Source: Botryllus schlosseri (Eukaryota). Taken from it: a stretch of 64,000 nucleotides of DNA. Both the position numbers and the translations under genes were made by a program. The notes beneath the pieces are model-generated. The model made no database searches and was not told the DNA's origin. It saw nothing but the letters and a program-made list of their open reading frames with translations. The DNA is taken from assembly GCA_051294905.1 (NCBI GenBank), contig CM119378.1:8556001-8620000 (forward strand), read 5' to 3'. Shown here piece by piece: positions 27,101 through 38,344 of this stretch; positions within the stretch are counted from its first letter, which is position 1; every line of letters begins with the position of its first letter.

Positions 27101-29028
27101 AATTCATCTTGATGCACAACTGAGGCAAAAAGTCCATTACGTGTATCTTTCCTGCCATACATCCCTATACAGAACGAAAAAATATACACCAACCCGATCT
27201 GAGCATGTTCGTTTTTGTCAGCAAAATACAACATCCTCGAAGCATGAAAGACGCATTCCATCGAATAATGAAACATCAACGCCACCATGCAGAATTTCCA
27301 GAAGCTGTAAAGACATCACGTTACAACAAGTTCCGGGAAATTCTTATCGTCAAACTCACTGGAGAGCATATGCGACGGCAATAAACACAAAGTACAGAGA
27401 GTAATATTGCACCCGCGTCGAGATGTCCTCCTTACGCACTTTCTGAAGATAAAGTTCTGGAAACATATGAATCCAATACGACATCTGCAAGCAAAGTAGG
27501 TTAGAGGATATTTACTCGATTATACCAATACCAAACATACCTGGACAAGCATGAATAGTTTGTAAGGCCAGTCCAAGATCGTATGAGGGTAGTCTACCCA
27601 TAGGGATGGGATGTCTTCACAAATTCCAGCCTGCAATTGAACACACGGAAAATAAGGCTACTTACTACTGCTTTCAAATGAAACTTGGAAGTTACCTGAT
27701 ACACTGTGTATCCTGCCCAGATAGCCGATACCCCGGACCATACGCTAAGCTGTCCCGATTCATTGAACTTGCTGGTTTTTGTCTTGGAAAGGTGGAGTTT
27801 CTTTGACATTTTCTGAAATGAACAATGAGTTGCTACTATTTCTATGTTGATAGCATTGAGAATCATTCAATCTTCTTAAAACTGTGTCCCCAGACATCTG
27901 CACATTGAGGAGCATTACATCTTCTGTATATCATTATGTTGGTCTGTTGCATAGTAAGAGTTGGAGTAAAGAGCACAAGTAACAAGCTAGGTGTTGTTAT
28001 GTAGTATTCGGCTCAATACAGATACATAGTTACAAAGCAATTCACAAGAAAAACCGTGAATGTTTCATGTACGCACATCTGTGCACTTACATCAATCACG
28101 TACTCCTGAACAATGGCGTGCATGACAATGAAGAGAAGGGCTTGGAAGATGAGTGTGAATCCATCGAGCCACCCTCTACCAAATTCGGAAGGAAATTTTT
28201 CTGGAACACACAAAACCCAGCTCAAGATAATGAACTTAAATTAAACACTGCAGTTCAAAGTACCAATTTGAAATCTTGACTATAACAGTAACTGTTACAC
28301 TAAAATTGAGCCAATGATGTCTGACTAACCATAAACTTCGCCGTCCTCGTCAGTGTCCTCTTCCTTAACACCATACTGCAGGAAGACAAACAACTTACAG
28401 AGTGGAGCAGTGATCTGAAAAAGTATCAACATCTTTAGTCTGCTAGCAATTGAAGACTTTCAGAGCTGCTAGAAATGGCTTCGAAATGGTAAAGTAAAAG
28501 CATCCTGCAAAGTGAAGAGAAAGTTACGCACCAAGTCTTGGGTTTGGGTCGTTCACTTATTAGTCAGTTTGATTATCTTAAATTACGTCACCACATTAAA
28601 TATTGAGAATATCCAACTCGTACTATAGTAAATCAATTAACATACAAGTATTTCACATAAAATACGGAAATGAACAGCAGAAAAGCAATAATTTTTTCTT
28701 ATCGTCCAGTACAATTTCAATTGATAACAAATAAAACAACCTTCTTTGAGCCATGACTGTTCAAAAGTGTAAGCTGGAAAAATGTTTTGAGTAAAACTTG
28801 TAGTATTCAGCAATTGAATTGTGCAAATCCATCAGTGGGAATGGAAAGTAGTAATATCAAATAAGCCTAGCATATTGCAGATCTTGGATATGCTGTCAAA
28901 CTTACTTCAAACATGAGACCAACCATAAGCACGATTGCCATACATGAAACGATATCGGCATGGTTTTGGATCACGAACTCATGGCTCATAACCGGTGGGT
29001 TCTTTGGCTTCTTCCTTGGCGCAGGCAT
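24124..29028 (-). CDS. TRAM1: Translocating chain-associated membrane protein (TRAM1/TRAM2 family, TLC domain), 10 coding exons, 374 aa
   Basis: Exons (minus): 29028-28906 ([41 protein letters not shown]), 28414-28330, 28200-28091 (..[13 protein letters not shown]), 27812-27696 ([23 protein letters not shown]), 27630-27541, 27484-27360 ([18 protein letters not shown]), 27304-27194 (FHASRMLYF), 25778-25635 (GNFNSSFIR), 25345-25191, 24188-24124 (..SNGKLKKS*). All introns GT..AG, phases consistent, total 1125 nt. Motifs [24 protein letters not shown] and FPELY match TRAM. AATAAA (minus) at 23532-23537. Confidence 0.96.
24412..25100. mobile_element. CAGTG-type hAT MITE in the last TRAM intron
   Basis: TIR CAGTGGTTCCCAACC..GGTTGGGAATCACTG; TSD CTCTATAA/CTCTAAAA. 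Confidence 0.85.
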
Positions 29029-30076
29029 TGTGGAAAATGGTACAGATGGTCGGCTAGGCGAGACTTCAAAACTGATTTATGGAGCTGCACAATAGCGCCA
29101 GTTGCTAATGAGCTTATACAGGGCCCTGGAAAATTCACACGTCATGAATTTCCTTAACAATCCATATATTCATTTATTAAAGAATTAGCTGCATCTCGAA
29201 AGCCTGACCATAATAGGAAATCACTTGATTACATCAACTTGTAAGACACTAATTCTTATCACAGGGGCGAAGTAACATTACCATACATCGCATGATTTTT
29301 ATTCCGTATAGCGTGATTGTTGTTAAATGTCTGGGTTACCGGCCTGAGAATCTTAACCTAATTCCATTCGACATATAGATTGACAAGCAATAGCCGTAGG
29401 CAGTAAAATCAATAATTCGATTTTGAACAGGTCGGCATTTCGTCAATACACATGTCACATTTCCCTAAGCTCTCCATGACCACTCGCCAATCGTGACCCT
29501 ATAGTGACCCTCAACCCAGTCAAATCTTTTGAGGCGAAAATCATAAGAGAGCTGCCTTCAATTCGAATTTATAAGACACATTTTCGACTTGCATGCAGTT
29601 CGTGAATTCTATACTGTATTTCAAATACATCAATGCCGATTCATCTGCCCCACATCATTCTCATTCCTTCATTCATTCCACAAGCTTATTCATCAAATAT
29701 CATAGCGAGAATAAGGCATAAGGAGGGGCAAATAAAAATCGCACACATTTTAAAGGCCGACCCGGAACTACTGCACAGGAAACAAAACGCGCCGCAATCG
29801 TAAAAAGTAAACACGTCGTACATCTAAGCATGAAAAATATGAGTTTTTAGTTATGACGTTGCAGCCTCGGCACCACGTCCTACATTGAAAATCAATGAAC
29901 CGCATAAATATCGCACTAACATAGTTTCAGTAGATTTATTCAACCATTCGTGGAGTTTTTGTTGAATTGAAGTCTTCTTAAACAATCTGTAATCATGCGA
30001 TCTGTAATCTTCTCCGTACGGATTATCATTTCACCTATTTTTACGGAGGCGCGTATAGAGTGGCGAAATGGTTCCT

Positions 30077-30665
30077 CTATAGAATATAAACGTGGAATGG
30101 CAGCGACCGATTTTGCAGCTTCGTTCCGCGTCGCTGAAGCTTTACTCAGACTTATTTTACGGCAGCTACTGGAGAATTTCTGGCAATCCAAAAGTGGTCT
30201 TCCAGAGCTCAGAATTTACTGAATCCGGTCTTGATCGAAAGCTACTGTCGCACTGATTTCGAAAATACCAATCAAAATATGGTCCGGCTCCGCACTTAGA
30301 TGAAAAATCACCCTCAACATCTAAAATCCGCATTGTTCAGAACAATCGGATGACCGTAAAACAATGACCATAACAATGACCCATTGCGGCTCTTCGATTG
30401 TTCGGACAATGCCGATAATTCAGACTTGGAGGGCGAATTCTAAGCGGTTCAGTGCCTGGTCATATTTTCATTTACATTTTCGGAATCAGTGCAACAGTAG
30501 CTTTCGATCAAGACCAGATTCAGTAAATTCTGAGCTCTGGAAGACAACTTTTGGATTGCCCAAAATCCTACAGCAGCTGCCGTAAAATAATTCTGAGTAA
30601 AGCTTCAGCGAAGCGGAACGAAGCAGCAAAATCTGTCGTTGCCATTCAACGTTTACATTCTATAG
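30077..30665. mobile_element. Foldback element with about 190-bp imperfect inverted arms
   Basis: Arm from 30077 (CTATAGAATATAAACGTGGAATGG..) mirrors the arm ending at 30665 (..GTTTACATTCTATAG); flanking direct repeat TTCCT at 30072-30076 and 30666-30670. Confidence 0.85.
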
Positions 30666-31343
30666 TTCCTCCAAAGAAAATCACCCCACATTTTAACAAA
30701 TTTACGTGAAAAGGTGCAACTATTGTTCCCAAATATAGAAAATAACTGATACATCAATATCAACCGAACGACCATCATTGTCAACAACGCCAGAAAAATT
30801 AAAGGAGCTCAATCAATATCCGCTGTCCGCCTTTGTTCAGTGCAGTTCAACAGTAGAAGACACGAGGAAGCTGGAAATTGCCAAGTTTATGTATCAGTTC
30901 CATTGTGGTCACAGTTCCAAATATTTAAACGACTACTTCACCTCGGAATCAGAAGCGCGCAACTATTAAACACGCGCGTCCTCGAAAGAATAACTACCAT
31001 GTTTTCAGGATGGAATACAAGAAAACACAATGCTCTATCAAGTCAGTGTTGGGATGACTCGAGTCATGACTTGACTCGAGTCAGACTCGAGTCACCTTTT
31101 TCGTATGACTTGACTTGACTCGAGTCACTTTGCTAAAATGATTTGACTTGACTTGACTCGGGGTATCAAAAATGTGGATTGACTCGTGACTCGGAGCAAA
31201 ATTCACGAGTCAATTTCAAGTCATCAAGTAATCGGTGTCGATAAAAATCACTGTGTCTCACGTATATTCGAATTGTTCACGAAACGCTGCTGTAGCCCGC
31301 GAGAGCGACCGATCATTCAATGATCGTGCGTTTTGTTACGTGG

Positions 31344-32479
31344 AGTTGACATTTCAGGATCAAATCGTTCTGAAGGGTGATCGTATTGTCATACCGTCGT
31401 CCATAAAAGGCACTATTCTCAAGCGACTTCATGCCAGTCATGTTAGAATTCAAGGTTGTGTACGCCGGGCTCGTGAATGTTTGTATTGGCCCAACATGGT
31501 TAACGATATTACGGACTTCGTATCAAGCTGTCCCACATGTGGCTTACACCAACCCAACCAACAGAAGGAAAGTCTGATTTCACATCCGGTACCAGGACGT
31601 CCTTGGCAAATAATCAGTAGCGATTTATGTGAATCTGACGGACAACATTATTTGATTACAGTTGATCACTACTCGGATTATTTTGAGGTAGATCGACTAA
31701 CCTCACAGACTTCTACAGCAGTTATTCGCCGCTTAAAATCACATATGGCACGTCATGGAATCTGCGAGAAATTGATTACTGACAATGGTCCATGCTATGC
31801 TGCTCATGACTTCGAGGCATTTGCAAAGGAATATGAGTTTGAACATGTGACCAGCTCTCCAGGACACAGCCAATCGAACGGAAAGGCGGAATCAGCTGTC
31901 AAAATCTTCAAATCGTTACTTCGTAAAGCGACAACTGACAAAAAAGACATAAATATTGTACTGTTGGATTGGAGGAACACTCCAGGCGAGACTGTTCCTG
32001 GCTCTCCAGTACAGAGGCTATTTGGAAGACGCACCAAGACCTTGTTGCCAATAGCAACTAAACTGCTTGAGCCGAAAATTGTTTCTGATGTCATTCCATC
32101 GCTTATGGATCGGAAAAGAAAACAGGCAAAGTATTACAATCGTGGTGCAAAAGACCTCGCCCTGTTGAGTCCTGGTCAACAGGTTCGATTCAAAAGGACA
32201 GAAAATGGCTTGTGGCTCGAAGCGGTGGTGATTAAGCAACTGAATGATCGATCGTACATTGTTAAGGCGACAGATGGAACGATCTACCGACGCAACAGAA
32301 AGTTTATTCGAACTACTGTAACTCGCCCGCATGTTGCATTTGACTTTGACGACATTTCGATTGCCAGACCAGCAGTAGTGAACAGCGACACTAATGGGTT
32401 GTTATCTGGTTCCAGTAGCAGCAGGCCAAGTCGTACGGTAATTCGACCGGCATACTTGCAAGACTATGTTACAACTTGA
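31344..32479 (+). pseudogene. Gypsy integrase ORF (HHCC + DDE core), 5'-truncated pol remnant, no internal stops
   Basis: LHASH..CPTC zinc-binding motif; SDL, TDNGP and NGKAESAVK catalytic motifs; linker ELTFQDQIVLKGDRIVIP. The ORF-track start at 31235 is a GTG inside the hAT sequence and is not a genuine start. Confidence 0.9.
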
Positions 32480-32552
32480 TTCGTTGCTGTAATTTATATC
32501 CTAATTCGGTTCGCTTCGTTTTCTATTATTTTGTGATGTTTTGAGAAGGGGA

Positions 32553-32728
32553 TGTTACGTGGGTTATTGTATGTATTATGATGATGCTTCCCTGTAAAGT
32601 AGCAAGGTATGACGTCATGCCTTACCCAACTGTGCATGACCGCTTCACTCGTGCTTGACCGCTTCATCTTATATATCATCTCTGGTTGATGGCACATGGA
32701 AGCCATAATAAATGTATACCAAGAAACA
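32553..32728 (+). repeat. 3' LTR (176 bp, TG...CA)
   Basis: Follows the PPT; bounded by TG/CA and the TSD; AATAAA near 32707. Confidence 0.85.
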
Positions 32729-34130
32729 CGTTTTACTGAGCCTCCATTGTTCTCTCACTCTCACAAATATATTGACCGCAAACGAAGTTGAAGCTTACAG
32801 CTTACTTTGTCGTAAACTAGTATAGTAAAGTAATTTGATAGCAAAATGTATATTTCACTTCTCTGTTCTTACCTTAACCAAACCTCTTGTTTTATTGAAA
32901 TTGAATTCGAATATAGTTTACATATAGTCCATACCAATTGGCACAGGCTCGAATTGTATCATATCAATGTGTAAATAGGTAATGTATTGCATCCTATCAA
33001 TTCGTTTCTCTATTCTCTATTTTGGATGGTGACTATAAACTGAGGGTATGCAATTACTTACGTAGTTTAGCAGTTCTACGTAGCCTATATGTGACCGATA
33101 CAGCGACTTCTTGCGTGTATATTTAACTCTATATTCGTTAATCGGTTCGACATCAATGACCACTCAACCTGTATTACAGACAGCTAGCAAAATGCAATGA
33201 CGTAATCATGCTTCATACTTGGAAAAGGCAACTTGACTTGAATTGTGACTTGACTCGTGACTTGACTTGACTTGACTCGACTTGACTCGAGTCACCTCCA
33301 AAAATCGAGTGACTTGACTTGACTCGAGTCACCTTCGAAAATCGATTGACTTGACTTGACTCGAGTCAAAATGTGCAATGACTCGAAATGACTCGTGACT
33401 CGAAGGTAGTGACTTGATCCCAACACTGTATCAAGTATGCCGGACCTGCAGAGTGGAACAGCATCTCCCCGGCTATCAGACAGTCGTCGAGCATGTACAC
33501 ATTCAAATCGAAATACAAGCAATTTTTACTGAATCAATAGTAGTTAGCTCTCAAGATTACCGGACCCCAATCTGACATATCGATCTCGCCTACTGAAACA
33601 CGCAGCATTCATTTTGTCGCTTTTTACTTTTGTTATCCTATTCTTTTAGCCAGTGCGCATGCCTCCTATTTACATACCGTAGGCCAAGGTGGGTGTCTGA
33701 TTAAAATACTACTCCAAGTCGTTTCGGTAACCTCCTATCTTTTCATTATATCGCAGTCTGGTGCTGTATTGATTTGATAAATATTAAAAATATGATGATG
33801 GAATGCTATTATGGGTCATACTATTGAACTGAAAAAATTGTTAATAAACCGAACTGAGTCATCTTGCGTTAGTCAGGCAGACGAATATACGTCTCGGAAT
33901 TCCGTAAGTAGCAAACTCTCATCACCTGCTAAACGTATGCAAACTCTTGACCAACTCTACTTTTTAAAACTACTTACTTGAGTACTTCACGGCCCTTTCA
34001 TTTTCTACTTTCGAGCAGCAACGCTGACTAGTTGGCCCTATTTCGATCATAGCTGCATGCCTATAGTTCCCCAGTCCATCTCTTCACCTATCGCTGGTCC
34101 ATTTTATGATCATCATCCATAGGTGGTCAG

Positions 34131-35136
34131 TAGGGATGGTGTGAACGTGAGGTGCACGTTCGTGTTTTGTGTGTGAACCTCGGGAATTTAGTGGTTCACG
34201 TTCACAATCGAACCTTGGCAGGTTTTGCACTGTGAACCTTTTTCATATATTACAATTTTCACTTCATTATAACATCTTTGGCTGAACTTTATTGCATTTC
34301 AACTGCGGGCCTCTCTCTCTGCATGGCGCTGGCAGCGTGAAAAATCAACACTAAACGAGCACGCACCAAAAATTTTACCTGCTTTGTTGCGAAAGTTTGC
34401 TCGAAATATCCAGCTTTCGTTTTGTGAATATTTAGTGACTCTCTGATGTGAGCTTCACTCGCAATCCCACAACATCAAGAGCGAAATACACTACCTGTAG
34501 GTAGTCAGCGAATGATGCTTATTCAACCAATCAATGAAATTGATATCATTGTCTGATGTAAAAAATCTAGCAGGCGTGCGGGGTCAATCTCGATTTCATA
34601 CGTTTATTGTATAATAAAAAACAAATCCGTGTGATTGGGGTGTTGGCTATTGATGTATACCTTGTTATAGTAATATCGGTAGCAAGTACATAAACCCGTT
34701 TTACACTCTGATCAATATCAACGTAGCAATACTCACACGACGAATACATTGTTCGGTCTGACCTGTACCGTTAAGGAGTAAGCTTATATTCACTTGCGAG
34801 TATCCTCGACGAAATTGTCGGCAAAGCGACGGGAGATAGGCTATTGATTTTATGACATTATTATATCATTTGATTGCCGCAGTTGATACATTTGGCGACG
34901 TTTAATACGTCAATATGTACTTCAGCATTGTTGCATTATGAGGCATGAGTCGTCGCTAAGGTATCGTGTACGTGTATACATTAATATTGACTATGACTTC
35001 ACTGAAATGCAGGGTTTGAATTAGCAATATGACGTCCCGTGACGTCATGAGGTTCACGTTCGCGTTCACACAGAACCCTTCAAAAAGGTTCGCGTTCACA
35101 CGAACCTGTACCTTTCAGAGGTTCACACCATGCCTA
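34131..35136. mobile_element. 1-kb non-autonomous hAT derivative (TAGGGATGGTGTGAAC TIR)
   Basis: TIRs with GTGAAC subterminal repeats; 8-bp TSD GTGGTCAG on both sides. Confidence 0.9.
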
Positions 35137-36203
35137 GTGGTCAGTAACAAAGTAGGCTACTTATAGGCTACTTTTTCGAAGTAATCAAGTAGTTTTCCTA
35201 CACTTGCATTACTTACGCAAGTAAAATCGAGTGTTCCGCTACTTCTACTTCGAAATATATTCTGGTCTACATACTTCCTTTTCACTATTTAAAGTTTGTC
35301 AAGTAGAAATAATACTCATTTAATGAGAGAGATCATGAGACGAATAAATTTATGGGCAATTATCACGGAGTACCAATAGCAATAAAATTTTCACATTAAG
35401 TTGAGTAAAGTTCATAATTTTCGTCGTGCTTCGACAAGGATAGATATGGAGTGACGGAAAGTATCTGGCGATATAATTTAGGTAGCTGATTGCGTGTTTC
35501 CTTTCACAGTCGCCTACATGACATATTTCATCACAGTACATAGGGATCAGCAAAACGCTTGGAACTATGGTATTGTAATCTAGCAGCACATGGCGTGTCC
35601 TAATCTGGAAACGGTGCTCCTTGACTTTTAAACGTTCAGTCCTGTTTTAGTCGACCACCGTGAAATATTTCTGGACAAAAGACATGAAATATGCTTCCAC
35701 CATGTAAAAATTATATTTGGATTTTTTTTTACGAACAATACGTGGTCACTTTGAGTTCTTGTAATTAATTTCAGTTCTTTTGTCAGGAGCGCATGCACCA
35801 TGATGCAGTATATGCAGCACTAATGCAGTAGGCCTACAGATTCTATTTTCCGGAAAATGAATGTAAATTACATAGTACGATCTACCATATTTTAGTTAAC
35901 GTATAAAGTCGTATACTAATTGCGTAATACCCAATACAACTCCTCCGTATTTAGGGTTGCATTTAAAACATGAGAAGTTTTAAGTAGTTTGTTTAAAGAA
36001 ATGACATCTGAAATGTTTTTTAATTTCTATAATAATGTTATAGTTGTGTGAATACGTTCGGATAAACATGTAGTATGAGCCCTAATGGGATGACTTTCTG
36101 TTGATATATAGTCGTCGTATAGCTGATGGAATGGTTGGAACCCTCGAAATCATCGCTGGTTCGACAGTGATGCCTTATAGGCCTAGTTATATAACACTGG
36201 AAT

Positions 36204-36358
36204 NNNNNNNNNNNNNNNNNNNNNNNNNNNNNNNNNNNNNNNNNNNNNNNNNNNNNNNNNNNNNNNNNNNNNNNNNNNNNNNNNNNNNNNNNNNNNNNNN
36301 NNNNNNNNNNNNNNNNNNNNNNNNNNNNNNNNNNNNNNNNNNNNNNNNNNNNNNNNNN
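36204..36358. other. Assembly gap (155 N) inside a MITE, adjacent to a SINE
   Basis: Run of N; ORFs spanning it are artefacts. Confidence 1.
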
Positions 36359-36539
36359 ACTCCATCGAGATGCTTTGACGACGGAGATGCGATACGACGG
36401 TAAGGTCACCTAGTCTGCAACCCCGTTTTTTCTCCTGCACGGATGATGAGCGCCTAACAGGATAGCCACGGATACCAGTGTTCGAGTCTTTGGTTTGACC
36501 CAGCCGGGGATCGAATCCACGACCTACCGATCAAGAAGC
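36359..36539 (-). mobile_element. Partial copy of the same SINE next to the assembly gap
   Basis: Reverse complement reads GATCGGTAGGTCGTGGATTCGATCCCCGGCTGGGTCAAACCAAAGAC.., matching 22490-22535. Confidence 0.7.
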
Positions 36540-38104
36540 ATCATACCATTACATTATCTCGCTCGGTGATGATGACTGCCGACCGTAAAATTGCCGCATG
36601 ACGATATAGTCCTGGTCAAAGATATTTTAGGTCCATTTAAGATAGGCCTTTGCGTCAAATGAGTCATGTTGTCCATATACTTTCAATTATAATTCTTAAG
36701 GAACGGCATAATACCGTCAATTCAGTGTGACGCCCCTATTAGACAAGCTATATGCTGACTAAAAAAAATGCTTTAAACAAGGGCCGTGTTTTAAACATGT
36801 CTGTTTTAAATTTATTTTTGTTTTAAATGCAAACCTATCCGTATTGTTATACGTCAGTGGTCGCGAACCTATGGCTTGGCCGCTTGGGTAAAAGATATGC
36901 CAAATTTTTAATTTTGTACCTAATTTATCAACATTGCAGCAACTTATTAGTGAATTTTCATGATGGCCAGAATAGTTATTCTCTTGGCAGCATAAAATGT
37001 CTTTGAGAGGTCAAGACAATGGGCTATTCAGGGTTAAGGGCTCGTACGCCCTACCCCATTTAAAAATCCCCAATTTTAAGTTGCTGTCGCGTCGGCAACT
37101 GTCACCACTCTTGAATTCGATCTACCCGCCACCGCGCACCTCGAAATCTTCGATTGGTCAATATCTTGATTGATCAACGAGAATAACAGACATGGCGACG
37201 ATTATAGGACAATGCTGTTTTCAAATACACATCGTCTTTTTGATGTACGACGAGAAGAAAACTGCCTTGGAAGTGACATTCACAATTACAAATTCAGATT
37301 AAAAACAACGCTATAGCTAAGTAGCTTTCTATAGCACCGCCGTAAAAATGTAGGCGGTTACAGCGCAACGTTATGGTACGCCGAATACTTTGGAAGTCGA
37401 TCAATATGCAAATTTTCGGAATCAGCGCAACAATTACATTTATCAGTGATTATAAATTCTAAGCTATATACGATGAGTTGCGCTATTGCGGGCGAGGCTT
37501 GGCCCGTCTGTGCCACATATGGGCCTTACCTCTCGTTTCGCGCTTTACTTTCGAACAATAAATATGAAAATTACGTGATTTTGGTAATAAAAATGTTTAA
37601 AATCTAGTCATTCATAAACATCGATAGACTGACGTACCACTCCCTGCAGTGGAAATGTACTGCTGGAGTGACCATGTTTGGCAGCACCTACGAATGTGGG
37701 CAGAAAAATATGGCGGACACCACGAATCCCATATATTAGTGCTACCAATACGTCACGAATTTCCAAGTGTGACGTAACAGTTCATTGACATGTATGGCTC
37801 ATTGGGAGTTACAATTGAAAATATCAGACCAATATGGCTCTTCGGTCGAAAAAGGTTCCCGGCCCTTGCTCTACGTCATAACTAGGGATATTTTCTTAAC
37901 CTAAAAACGGAAGATTTTGACCTTAACATCCTAATTTTGACCAAATTTGACCTAACGTATGCACATTAGGTGTTTTCCCACATAATGTTAATATTGGACT
38001 ACTTATCTTCATTTCTGGTTGTAATTGTGCGCCCTTACGGAGTAGTTTGACCTGAAAAAAACTTTTTTGCCTCAAAAACTGACAAATTTTTACATGAAAA
38101 AACT

Positions 38105-38344
38105 TTATTGTAACGAAATCTGGCCCGATGAAGAATTCAAGTAGTTAGAATACGCATTATGGTAGAAATAATTTTTGTAGTAGATCGAAGGATACTTCCC
38201 TACATTCTTGGGTAGAAAGTGTCTGTCCTTACCGAGTAGCTTGCCAAGAATAGAGAAAGAACATTCAACAGCAGCAGTTGTTTGATGACAACACTGAAGT
38301 TGTGCGTACACTGCTCCTGCTGGTGATAAACCGCGTTGCTTCAT
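38105..38344 (-). pseudogene. hAT transposase C-terminal dimerisation-domain fragment
   Basis: QLQCCHQTTAAVECSFSILGKLLGKDRHFLPKNVGKY resembles the hAT 'TS..ERSFS..' motif. Confidence 0.65.

Larger units (their letters stand above)
31334..32728 (+). mobile_element. Internally deleted Ty3/Gypsy LTR retrotransposon
   Basis: Starts TGTTACGTGG (identical to the first 10 nt of the 3' LTR at 32553) and ends ..AAGAAACA. 5-bp TSD CGTTT at 31329-31333 and 32729-32733. PPT gagaagggga at 32543-32552. The empty site GTGCGTTTTACTGAG is seen in the sister hAT copy near 56.87 kb. Confidence 0.9.
31044..33428. mobile_element. Non-autonomous hAT element (CAGTGTTGGGAT TIR, (GACTT)n/GACTCGAGTC subterminal repeats) hosting the Gypsy insertion
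   Basis: TIR CAGTGTTGGGAT..ATCCCAACACTG; 8-bp TSD TATCAAGT at 31036-31043 and 33429-33436. Confidence 0.92.
30790..33543 (+). mobile_element. LINE (CR1/L2/Jockey-like) ORF2 3' remnant split by the hAT insertion
   Basis: Left part KLEIAKFMYQFH..NDYFTS..RNY (30790-31043) resumes after the TSD as SIKYAGPAEWNSISPAIRQSSSMYTFKSKYKQFLLNQ* (33429-33540), a typical C-terminal tail of non-LTR RT ORFs. Confidence 0.75.

Noticed and set aside
29940-30585. ORFs at 29940-30191, 29995-30222 and 30364-30585
   Set aside because: They overlap the arms of the foldback element; no coding signature.
31044-31230. GACTT/GACTCGAGTC arrays (also 33230-33420, 56020-56170, 56980-57140) as a CRISPR array or satellite
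   Set aside because: No unique spacers; they are subterminal repeats inside TSD-bounded hAT elements in a eukaryotic context.
31235-31333. N-terminal 33 aa of the 414-aa ORF as a real protein start
   Set aside because: It is hAT sequence that happens to be in frame, begins with GTG, and lies outside the Gypsy TSD.
36038-36440. Three ORFs spanning the N run
   Set aside because: Artefacts of the assembly gap.
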